Positions 39,701 through 51,223 of a stretch of DNA of 64,000 nucleotides are shown one piece after another. Position numbers and translations under genes: made by a program. Origin of the DNA: Cyanophora paradoxa CCMP329 (lineage: Eukaryota; Plantae; Glaucophyta); the NCBI GenBank assembly GCA_004431415.1, contig QPMI01000160.1:101297-165296 (forward strand), given 5' to 3'. The notes beneath the pieces are model-generated. The model saw nothing but the letters and a program-made list of their open reading frames with translations. It was not told where the DNA came from and made no database searches. Numbering within the stretch: the stretch's first letter is position 1; each line of letters begins with the position of its first letter.

Positions 39701-42700
39701 CTTTCAACTTCACCGCGACGGCCTCGACGGGGCCCAGTGGCGAGAGCCTTCAGGTAATTATATATATAATTCGCTGTCGTTGCGGCGTTATGCCTGGAGA
39801 GGAAATTTTCTAGTTCTAGACATGGCCCGTACCAATATTAATTACGCTCTGCAGATCCAGTGGCACCCGTCCCTCACGGGGACCGGTGGACTGCCGCATG
39901 CGACGGTTGTGAGCGTGTTATTTAAACCGATTGTTGCCGTCAAAGCGTCCCTGCACTGTCCGCCCCGCGTCGGCCTGGCGGCCAACTTTTCGTGCGTCCT
40001 GGTGCCTCCGACGGGATCTGCTCCGCTCCTCCCGAGCGACTTCGCGGACCTCGGGCGCCTCCTGGCCGCGGACCCGGACGCTGAAGGCACCGGGCGGCCA
40101 TCTGGGACAAGCATGAACGAGGTCTTCATCGCGCTCGGTGGAGGCGTTGGCGTCGCGTCCCTGCAGCTGTTCGAAGTGGGCGAGTCGTGGCTGCGCCCGC
40201 AGTGGAGCGCCTCAGTCGGCGGAGGCTTCGTCCGGCCTGTGCCTGTTGCAGTCGTGGAGGCCGTGATCAGCTGTCCGGAGCGCGTCCGCGACGGAATAGA
40301 CGTACTATGCGCCTTAAGCCCAACACCTGGCGGACCTCCACTGGACACAACGGACTTCCTGCCGGGCGAGGTCATGCCAGCGGGCTCTGGCGAGGCGCTA
40401 CCGCTGGTGCCGCATGCGCAGCAGCCCGGAAACGTGTCGCTCGGCATTCGGAACGTCAGCCTCCACCTTGGCGGCGTGAACGTGTCGGTCCGTTACAACT
40501 CGAGCATCGATTCGGCGTCGCCAGACATTGCACGATCTCCCTTCACTGTGGACGTGGTCGCGGCGGTTCTTTCCACCAATGTCACCCGCGCGGCTGTTGG
40601 CGCCCCCGTCGGCGTCACGCTTGCCGGGAAAAGCGGGTCGGAGCCTCTCCTCTCTTCTGACTTCGAAGGCGTTTGGCTCCAGAGCCCGTCTAGTGGCACG
40701 GCACCGCCAATCACTTCTTCAGTCTTAATCGCAGCGACCGGCGATGCCCTCAAATTCCTCGTGCACCCCACGCTTCCAGGAGAGCCCGCGCGCGTGTGGG
40801 CGAACTACAGTGGCGGCGTGGGCGGCGGCCTCGTCAACGAGGTCAACGTCACTGTCGTTGAGGCGACCGTTGCCTGCGCGCCCCTGCGCGTCGTCATTGG
40901 CGCCGCCATCACGTGCAACGTCTCCCGCACGGCAGCATCTCCGGCTCTCGTGGCGTCTGACCTGACGCTCTCTGTGTCGCCGCCGACTGCGGGCGCCGTC
41001 GGTCAACTCACTGCTGTCAGCGGCCAGCCGCACCAGTTCGAGTTCACATTCGTGCCTTCCGAGCCCGTTCTCGGCATCATAAACGTCCGCTATGCCCCGC
41101 TCATAGACGCGTCAACACAGCACGTAGGCGGCAGCCCGGTGCCGTTCACTTCCCTCAACGCGACTCTACATTGCAGTTCACTGCGTCTCCACGTGGGCGC
41201 TGCCACCGTCTGCGACGTGGCGAAGCATGGCACGGGTGGGGACCTCTTTCCCGCCGACTTCGTCATGCTGGGATCGCCTGCGGGAGTTGCAGGCGACATC
41301 GGCCCCCACCCGTCCCTCAATGGGTCCCTCTCTTTTACCTTTAATGCGACGGCCCTGACGGGGCCTAGTGGCGAGAGTCTTCAGGTGATTTCTTGCAGCT
41401 TTGATTTGCGCTCCGAGCGGCGAGTTCGTAAATATATATGTCGACGGCTCTCATGATTGTGCCCGTGCAGATCCAGTGGCACCATTCCCTAACGTCTACC
41501 GGAGGACTACCAAACGCGTCGGTTGTGAGAGTGGTATTTAAAACAATTGTTACCATCAACGCGTCCCTGCACTGCCCGCCCCGCATCGGCCTGACGACGA
41601 ACTTCTCGTGCGTCCTGGTGCCTCCGACGGGCTCTGCTCCGCTCCTCCCGAGCGACTTCGCGGACCTCGGGCGCCTCCTGGCCGCGGACCCGGACGCCGA
41701 CGGCACCGGGCGGCCATCTGGGACAAGCATGAACGAGGTCTTCATCGCGCTCGGCGGAGACGTTGGCGTCGCTTCCCTGCAGCTGTTCGATGTGGGCGAG
41801 TCGTGGCTGCGCCCGCAGTGGAGCGCCTCAGTCGGCGGGGGCTTCGTCCGGCCTGCTCCCGCCAACGTCATTGGTGCGCGCGCGCGCGCGCGTTAAGCTT
41901 AAGCTTGTCGTTTGTACTAAAGCACTTTCGGTGACCTTTCCATCCCGCGCCGCAGGGGCACGTTTGACATGCCCTGCGCGAAACATTTTTGTCGCAGCCA
42001 CTGTTCGATGCTCCATCACAACGCTCCCCGGCTCTTCAGAAGTTGTTCTCTCTGACATCGACGTGGCTGCTTTCATTCTCCCAGTTTCCAGCGGAAACCC
42101 TTACGCCGAACTATCTGCGGTCTACGCTCGAAATGCAAACGGAACTGGCCTTTACGTAGATGTAAAAGGCCTCCGCATCACGGAAGAGCTCACCGACCGC
42201 GGCAACAACTTAAAGCTGATTGTGCACTATGCTACACGCGACGCCATCCACAACACGCAAACTCCTTTTATTACAGATGCTCCGCAGCCGTTGCAGGCGA
42301 GCTTTATAATTAAGTTCAAGTGAGCTGAGCGCTTCTCATTGATTTACGACCGCGTTTTGCAGGTTCAAGATTCGATGACGATCACGTGGTCCGGCGTCCT
42401 TGAGAATGGTGATTGTTCTTGCGCTATATATGTGGCGCCCGCGCGCGAACGATCATGCCTGTACGCGTACAGGGCTTCAAATAGCGGTGATTTTTAATTA
42501 CCCGGCGCGACGAGAAAGCGACACGAAGCCAGCGACCTTCTATCTAACCGACGACTCCGCGGTCAAATTAGGGACCGGTGGGCCGCGTTTTGCCGCAAAG
42601 TGCTTTTTCTACTTTCGAACAAGCTTGCGCAGGAGCGACGGCTTTCTGGTCTGCGCCCGACACGATTGTGTTCTCGATTATGCCCGATTCAACTGTTGTT

Positions 42701-45700
42701 GGCGGCGACCTTCTTTTCTTCCGCATTCCCATTTACCGCGGTGACACAACAAATGTGGAGCGCTTCCGGGGATTTCTCGAGGTATTAATCGTCCCTTTCT
42801 ATCTGGCATCCAGTTTACACGTAGCATCGCTTGGTCAATGCACAGGTCGACGTCGACAAATTTACGCCCGTCATTTCGGCCACGTACCCCGAAGTCGTCG
42901 CTGTCTGTCGAAAGGCCAAGCTCTTTGTTTTCCCTGTTTCAGGAACCGGCCGCCGGCCTCTTACTTTTCACTGGAGCTGCGACGACGAAACGACATGTCA
43001 GTCGCTTGCTGAGCGCGGAGTCTTTGTCAATACAACGCAGAACGACACAATCATTGTACCCGAGGATATTCAGAACGCGCGCAACTACAAGATGTACGTG
43101 TACGCGCGGAATTTCTTGGGTGGCAAGTCCAACATCGTTCCCATTACGTACTACAAGTCCGGCCTATTCGTGCGTAATTATTTACATACAGTCTCTCATC
43201 CTTTAAAAATTAATGAGAGGCGTTACTGTCTTTTTTCTAAAATGTTGGCGCCAGCCTCCCTTCCTGGAGGTCGACGGCGGCACAACAGTCTTCTCGAAGG
43301 CTTCAACTCTGACAACGATCAAAGTCCTCGTGCAGGTTCTCCCTACTCTCGATTCTTGCCTCTGGTTTTCGCTTAATAAAATCGACATTGTTTTACAGCG
43401 AACAACCTGCAACAAGGAGCTTGATGATCCTGAAGCATGTGCGGTTTTCTTTCATGCGCAATTCTTGCGAGTAAATATTGATTGCAAGCTGTTGCGCAGT
43501 TATAATCCTCCGAGAATTCCAGTGGCTGCGTGCATCGGAGATAGATATTCAGTGGCGTCTTCCAGATTCGGCGTTGCAATTCTTGCCCGACAGTGTCGAG
43601 CTAAATCGTCCGACTCTGCTCATAGTGCGCAGCCCGCACTGATTATGCTTTACAGCAGCGCTTGCCTTGGTCATCTGAGATATCAATCGCCTCGCAGCCG
43701 AAGAACACGCTACAACCCAACAGCAAATTCCTGATGACTATGACCGCCCGCGATCTGCAGTACCCAGACGCACCGCCGGTACGTGGGAATACTCGCGCGC
43801 ATTTCCCTGACGTTGCGTCTCGCTCGAAATATAACATTATTTCTGGTCTCAGGCTTCCATCAATGTGACTCTTGTTATTGTCAGCGAGCTACTGGACGCT
43901 CGCATCGCCGGCGGGAATCGCGTCGTTTCTCCCACGCGCCCCTTTATTCTGGACGCGAGCCTGAGTCGCGACCCGGACTATGCGGTTTCTAGCGACGAAG
44001 GGGGGGTCTCCCTCGTCAGCAGCGTTTTCCAGTACCGATGGGAGCTCCGTAAAACTACGACAGACGCAGCAGCAGCTGCGGTCACCTTGTCAGAGGGGCG
44101 CTCCGCCGGGCCAGTCGCGGCGTTTGAATCGAGCGAGCCCATCGTCACCGTCGATCCCGGAAAGCTCGGTCTCGAAGCGGGCACTGCATACACTGCCACA
44201 CTGAATCTTTATTCTGCGCGGTTCCGACAAGGCGTGCCTGAGGGCGAGGCGACCGACAGCGCGTCTGTCACCATCACCCTCGCCTCGGAGAGCGTCCCAT
44301 CGGTGTTCATTACGGTCTGCCAGACCGCTTCTGCTGCGATTATTCACTCTCGTAAGCTCTGACATCGTCGCCAGTCGACGTTCCCAGACGATCCGACGCA
44401 TGCTATCGAAGAGCTTGGCCTTCAGGTAGCTTTTCAGCTTTCCGCTACAGTTCAGATGCGAGCTCTTCCGAACCTGCATCTGCAGGTTCGCTGTGAGGCT
44501 TCCGAACCGTTCGAGACCGACAGCACGAGCTCCGCGAACGATCGCGAGCTTGTTTTTGTCTGGTCGAGCGCCGATGACGACGCAACCATAGGCAATATCT
44601 CCAGGTTGGATTTCATTTGTTGCTTGCGATGCTTTGTATTATTAATTACACGTCTATTCTCTGCAGACTCGCCGTGCGGACTTCAGCGAACTCTTCGACT
44701 CTCATCATCGACAAAAAGCTGCCCTCTGCTTCGTTCATTGTGCTCGACCGCCTTTACCGGTGCTCATGCTGTTCTGTTCAATTCGAGAAGCATCGCTATC
44801 TCGCCTTTTATTTAAGTCGAATCGCCTTCAGAGTTCGATGCAGCGTGTATAACAAGGCACAGGGACCCAGAATGAGCGGTAAACCGCAGTCTGCATATGT
44901 CTCAGACGATTAAACGGCCGACGCTCGTGCCTCGCAGGCTTCCAAGACACATCAATTCGTTTCATTTCCGGACCGATCCCGGGCGAGTGTACTGTCAGTC
45001 CGCCAAAAGGAATTGCTCTTCAGACACAGGTGCGGCAAATGAAAGCAACAACAGCACAGCACTCGCGATAGCCAATGGTATATTAAAATGATCAATGGGA
45101 CGCAGTTCGTTATCACTTGCTCGAATTGGATGTCCCAATACACATCAGATCCGCTCCTGTACACGCTTCAGGTGCGATTCGAAAACTGTCGGATAAGCAT
45201 GGCTCTGCACGGCTGACCGAACCGCTTCTAGGTTATCCCGCCTGCAAGCCGGCCCGGCGTGTTTGTGACGCAGAGCCAACCGAACTCCGCACCGGTTGTG
45301 CGCGCCGTGCTTCCTCGCGGGAAGGGCGAAGAACGCATTGTGAACCTAGTCATCGTCGTCAAGGATGCGTTCAACGCATCGACCTGTAAGATCAATCCCC
45401 TGTAGAGTAGGGCTCAAATTATTTGCAACTGAAAGAAATGCGCGACAGCTTATTACTTGAACGCAACTTCCGATTTGGAGACGAGCCTGGAAAATCTCGA
45501 CCGAGAGCGGCTGAAATCTTCGGTGCTTGACATCCTCGGAATCGGATCCAGATCTCTTGCGGTTACCGACGGCGATGGCGACCTGGAGGCCTCGCTTGCG
45601 ACCATTGGCAACACCGCTGTGACGATCTCCGGTATTTGAACTTGAAAACCACCCTCGAGCTCGCTTGCTCCAGGTCTAACGCATTATCGTAGACATTTTG

Positions 45701-48700
45701 GATAGTTATGTCGGGCCAGGCACAGACACAGCCTATCAATCGGTCTCGCATCTAGACCGAAACCCAGAAGCTACTAGGTGCGACTTGGCGTAATCGTCTT
45801 ATTTGTTAAGACTCCAACAACAGCCGGGCTTATAACTCTTCTTGCAATTGCAGGAGAATTGCGGAAGCGCTGGCACCGATGCTCAAGGTCATCACCTGTG
45901 CGCCGTAAGAATTTGCTAGAGCTTGCACGTCCACGTAAATCGGCAGCGCTCTAACTTTATAATTATTGATTACCGTTTCTCTATACAGCCGTCGGGTCCA
46001 ACACGCGCTCGTCAAAGTTCCAGCTTGTTCAGGCCGCTTCAGTCGGCACTGCGCTAACCCGTGTCGTCACCCGGTTTGTCGCGCCTTTCTTCTTCGCCAT
46101 ATATATAATTACTCGTCTAATTCTCAAATGCGTCCTTGCCCGCGTCGCGTGCACATTCAGCACTGGTGCATCGGAGCTCCAAACTGCACTGGCGGACGCG
46201 ATGCACTCGCTGTACAGCGCACTGAAATCTTGCGACGATGTCGCGGACGTTAGCGAGCTCGTCATCGCAGGAGCGGGTTCGCATGCGCCAATGCGATATT
46301 CGTGCACGTGTCGGCTTCCTGTGCTCACGAGAGAGCTTCGCAGACACTTTCCTCGGCTCGTCGTGGTGGCTTGCTGAGAATGCGAACGGGACGGACACTT
46401 CGCAGTTCGCCGACTCTGTTATGCGCATGTTCAAAACCTTCGCTTCCTTGTCTGTCCAATGCGGGACGTGCGGGGCGAACCCGTCCGTCAGCTCCGGGCT
46501 TCGCGTCGCCGTCTTCACCGGCCAAGTCTGCCACAGCCAGGAGGGCCAGGGAGACTTCGACGTCGGCGGGTCCGGCAAAGAGACTGCGGGCCTCGTCGTC
46601 CCCTCCGCGCTGCAGAAGCTTTCGAGTTCGTTGAACGGCACGGAGGGTACGCAACTCACGGTCTACGTGTACCCCCGCGGGCCATACCCCGAAGCCACGG
46701 CTGGACCTATCAACGGGACAAACACCTACGTAAAGTAGTGCGTCACGATCCCCTGATTATGAGCCAATGCAGACCTTGGGCGAGCTCTGAATCCTGGCTC
46801 GCGATTGCAGCAACGTGTCCAGCTACGTCATGGAGGTTGAAGTCCAGGGTCTCAAAGTCTCCAATCTAACGGAGCCCATGACGGTTCGGCTCTATTTCTC
46901 TTTCTTTGGCTCTATATGTATTTCTTGATCTGGCGTGGGTGTCTCGCTTATTACTTGCGAGTGCAGTTCCAAATCCCCCTTCGCATGCCCAACGGAGAGA
47001 TCATGAATGCAAAGCAGAAGCTCGAACTTATCTACTACGACAAGATCAACAAAGTGTGGATTAACTGGTCTGCAGCTATTTTGCTCTGTAATCCACGAGA
47101 GAAACAGAACAGATGACAATCTTTGTCACGCGCAGCGGAAATGTCTCGACGATTCTGGACAAGGCAGTTATCACTGCAGTTGCTTCCTGTAATCATCTCA
47201 CGCCGTTTGCAAGTGCGCAATATTCGATCAGGATTTGCAAGCTTATATTCAAGCTTAAGAGCGCTTCGGATTTTCCTGGCGAGCTCACAATGTGCGCCAC
47301 AGTTGGTGTGGGGGAGGTGATCACCCAGAAAGCAGCCACAGACGCGCAATCGCAAGGTTCCCTCTACAACTGGCAGACGTCGAAGTCAGATAAAGAGGGC
47401 TCAAGTGCTGGAGTCAATCCAGCGGCAGTGGCTGTCCCGGTGGCAGTTGGGGCTGTTGCGGTCGCACTGCTTGCCGCAGCCATCATCTACGTGAAGCACC
47501 GGGGGCAGGCGATGAATGCCCCCTTGTCTCAGCTACGTAGCTCCATGGGACGCGTTGAAGTTGCGACGATCGGCTCTGATCACTACGTGATCCGTCGAAA
47601 TGGCAAGAAGATCGGGACGGTTCCGCAGATACAGCACTCGTTCGAGATCACCGATGTGGACTTGGACTCGAACGCCGTCCTCGAAGTCTACGCTGTGAAC
47701 GGGAGCGGCCTCTCTGGCCCCCCGTCGTACCCCCTCTCCGTTGGATTGGCCTCGGACGCCGGCGCGGGGATTCACCTGACCGCGCGGCCGACGCGAGTCA
47801 ATGGATGCAGCGCAAAGCTGCTATGGAGCACCCCCACGCAGGCTTCCAAGATTTGGTCGAGGTGCTTTGATCGATTTCTGCGCTGATTGCGCAAGCCTGA
47901 AGCGGAGCTGAAGTCCACTTGCGCTCTGCAGGTTCGAAATCTTTATGAACGGGAATCGCATAGCTGCGGCTCCGGTCGGCAAGCGGGGCTCTGCGCTCAA
48001 CACGTTCTCAGTCCACAGCGTCCCGCCCATCGCCACCTTCCAGGCAAACTAGCCTATTCGTGCTCTTGCGCGGCCCTTCCAATTGTTCTGACCGGGTTTC
48101 CGGATCCGCGCCAGGTGATGGCGTTCTCGTCTCGCGATCGCTCCGGTTCGCCGCCAGTCGCCGCGAGCCGCGAGGTAGCGCTGCAGCCCTACGAACACGA
48201 GGCGGAGAACGACAAGGGCACCGACGAGGCCCCCAGCGCGGCGGCCCCCGGCAACCTGGAGCTGCGGCTGAGCAAGGTCGTGCGGGAACGGCAGGATCCT
48301 AGCTGCAAGCAGGCCTCATGCCTCCTTACGTGGAAAGCCCCCTCACGCCAGCTTTGGCAAAGGCCTGCAGATGATCTTGAACGGGGTTACAGTACCATCG
48401 CATCGCTCCGGCCTGATCAGCCCACGGCCGTGAATATGACCGCGCCTGTCTTGGAGGGAGTTGCCCGCACGTCGAAGGCACCCACGAACCTGCAGCTCAC
48501 AGATGTCGCGTCCGGTTTGAGCTTGCTCGGCGGCACATGTACAACGGGCACGCTCTCGTGGTCGCTGCCGACGACGGGCGCCCCTCTCGCGCACCGGGTG
48601 CTGCGCGACGGCGTCGAGATTGCGACTGTGCCGGGAACGCAGACGTCCCTCGGCGTGTCGGACCTGGCAAAGGGCTCGGTCTCGACATTCGTCGTGGTGG

Positions 48701-49137
48701 CGACCTGCGACACCGGCGCCGGCGGGGCCGAGTCGAAGCCGCTGATTGCTGGCATCCCTCGGGACCCGAACAGCGGCATTACCCTCACGGCGGTGCCCGC
48801 CGTGTCGAACAGCTCGGGATCGTCGACATCAGCGTTGCTGTCGTGGAACGCGTGCACGCCCTCTGCATCCGATGCTGTGACCTCGTACAAGGTGCTGGTG
48901 AATGGCAAGGTTGCGGCCGTTGCGAAGCTGCCGCCGTCAGGCATCCCGATGAACAGCTGGAACGTGAGGAGCTTGCCGCCGGGTGCGGTCGTAGAAGTCG
49001 CGGCGGTGTTCGCCTCGGGCGCCACGCTGTCGAGCACTCCTGTGCCCATCTCGAGCTCGGCGGGCAGCGCTAGCAACGGCATGCCTGGCGCCGGGGCCGC
49101 CCGCACGCCGCCCTTAATTCACACGTATACTCTGTGA
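18791..49137 (+). CDS. Giant (~30 kb, dozens of short introns) single-pass cell-surface receptor: signal peptide, Ig-like Cys repeats, REJ, GAIN/GPS, TM, cytoplasmic FN3-like domains (polycystin-1/adhesion-receptor-like ectodomain)
   Basis: Continuous chain of plus-strand exons separated by ~50-200 bp introns. Signal-like FRCLLSLSCVLHAIPSSQSQ (~18870-18930) spliced in phase to GYSRLVVSAPP. REJ motifs: GTGRRPLTFHWSC, VYARNFLG, IAGGNRVVSPTRPFILDASLSRDPD..QYRW, PGECTVSPPKGIALQT..FVITCSNW, VLPRG..IVVKDAFNA (42850-45390). GPS SCNHLTPFA (47185-47211). TM 47422-47493 followed by KHR. FN3-like segments to the stop at 49137. That this is a single gene is inferred, not proven. Confidence 0.75.
20785..20928. 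repeat. ~73-bp degenerate tandem duplication inside an intron
   Basis: TATAGCTTGCTCTGATCTTAAGC...CGTACAA.ATCGAATT...AATACTGTT occurs at 20785 and 20858. Confidence 0.7.
36970..41855 (+). repeat. Intragenic tandem repeat, ~1.63-kb unit (1530-nt phase-0 exon plus intron), about 3 units
   Basis: Exon starts at 38224, 39855 and 41471; introns at 38099-38223, 39754-39854 and 41385-41470. Exons 38224-39753 and 39855-41384 are near-identical; partial units on both flanks. Confidence 0.95.
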
Positions 49138-50785
49138 CGTATTTAACGCTAGTTAAAATTACCGTTACTTATTAGAACAAAATAAAAGCTACCTTTAGCT
49201 ATTGGGCTACAGAGAGTCATATATGTATACAACTATATTGTCCGGATCTCCGTTCCGAGTGTGACTCGCAATCTGAGCGCATGATGTGCGTACAAACGAT
49301 CTGTGTGCATCGGTACGGTGCGCGCCCTGTGCGCTGCGGGGCGCTTCGAGGACTCCGGGGGGCTGCGTCGCGGTTACCATTCCGGGTGGCAGCGGAGTGC
49401 CTTTAATTTAGCTCCGGAGGCTGTGTCACTGTACATGTTCAGATCTAGAATCGCACGGATTGCAGATAATCACGGCTGGCCACGGTGGCGCCGGCCCAAT
49501 GCATATGCATGTGCTGCACGGTCGTGGAGGCAGGCCCTGGCAGGGTGCACTTGCAATTAATTATTGCGACGTCGACTCTCCACGCCTTCGGCACCCCGGC
49601 CCTGGCCCCCTTCCCATCCCCCCCCCCCCCCCCCCCCCCCCGCCCCCTCCCCCCTTGAGCTTGCTCGGCGGCACATGTACAACGGGCACGCTCTCGTGGT
49701 CGCTGCCGACGACGGGCGCCCCTCTCGCGCACCGGGTGCTGCGCGACGGCGTCGAGATTGCGACTGTGCCGGGAACGCAGACGTCCCTCGGCGTGTCGGA
49801 CCTGGCAAAGGGCTCGGTCTCGACATTCGTCGTGGTGGCGACCTGCGACACCGGCGCCGGCGGGGCCGAGTCGAAGCCGCTGATTGCTGGCATCCCTCGG
49901 GACCCGAACAGCGGCATTACCCTCACGGCGGTGCCCGCCGTGTCGAACAGCTCGGGATCGTCGACATCAGCGTTGCTGTCGTGGAACGCGTGCACGCCCT
50001 CTGCATCCGATGCTGTGACCTCGTACAAGGTGCTGGTGAATGGCAAGGTTGCGGCCGTTGCGAAGCTGCCGCCGTCAGGCATCCCGATGAACAGCTGGAA
50101 CGTGAGGAGCTTGCCGCCGGGTGCGGTCGTAGAAGTCGCGGCGGTGTTCGCCTCGGGCGCCACGCTGTCGAGCACTCCTGTGCCCATCTCGAGCTCGGCG
50201 GGCAGCGCTAGCAACGGCATGCCTGGCGCCGGGGCCGCCCGCACGCCGCCCTTAATTCACACGTATACTCTGTGACGTATTTAACGCTAGTTAAAATTAC
50301 CGTTACTTATTAGAACAAAATAAAAGCTACCTTTAGCTATTGGGCTACAGAGAGTCATATATGTATACAACTATATTGTCCGGATCTCCGTTCCGAGTGT
50401 GACTCGCAATCTGAGCGCATGATGTGCGTACAAACGATCTGTGTGCATCGGTACGGTGCGCGCCCTGTGCGCTGCGGGGCGCTTCGAGGACTCCGGGGGG
50501 CTGCGTCGCGGTTACCATTCCGGGTGGCAGCGGAGTGCCTTTAATTTAGCTCCGGAGGCTGTGTCACTGTACATGTTCAGATCTAGAATCGCACGGATTG
50601 CAGATAATCACGGCTGGCCACGGGTGGCGCCGGCCCAATGCATATGCATGTGCTGCACGGTCGTGGAGGCAGGCCCTGGCAGGGTGCACTTGCAATTAAT
50701 TATTGCGACGTCGACTCTCCACGCCTTCGGCACCCCGGCCCCTGGCCCCCTTCCCATCCCCCCCCCCCCCCCCCCCCCGCCCCAA
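48517..50785 (+). repeat. 1138-bp near-exact tandem duplication of the end of the last exon and 3' flank of the giant gene
   Basis: The copy starting at 48517 recurs at 49655 (stops at 49137 and 50275); the junction sits in a poly-C tract. Confidence 0.95.
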
Positions 50786-51223
50786 TAGCTACCCCTAACC
50801 CCTTCCCCCTCTCCCTCCCCGCTCTCCTCCATCCCCTCTCCCCGCTTCGCAGGGAGCCCGACCAAGGAGTCGGGGGCCTCCAGGGAATCACTTCGTATAA
50901 TGATGCATATGATACGCGGCTACCGCTCGGCTCTGCAACCTACTAGCCTAGTAGTAGAGTACAAGGGGACTCAGTGCCGGGGCAGGAGCCCAAGGGCTCA
51001 ACGTCTGGGGGCGAAGGAAGGCATCGTTTTCCTATCATTCATCGAAGAATTCGTATCCGTGCTTGACGCGGGCCGAGGGGAGGGCACCGGCCGCCGCCGC
51101 GAGCGCTACCTTCTTGTAGTCACGGTCGTGATATTGATTTGACGTGCTTGAGAACCCGAGGCGGATCTGCGAGCACGGCACGCTCAAACAAGCACGAGGT
51201 CGGGTCCGGAGTCTCTAGATTTC

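Noticed and set aside
36533-41896. Treating the 500-640 aa ORFs as separate tandem genes
   Set aside because: They are bounded by in-phase GT-AG introns and lack their own starts or signal peptides; they are exons of one gene.
49460-50275. 271-aa ORF as an independent FN3 gene
   Set aside because: A duplicate of the receptor's last exon entered through a poly-C junction; likely artefact.
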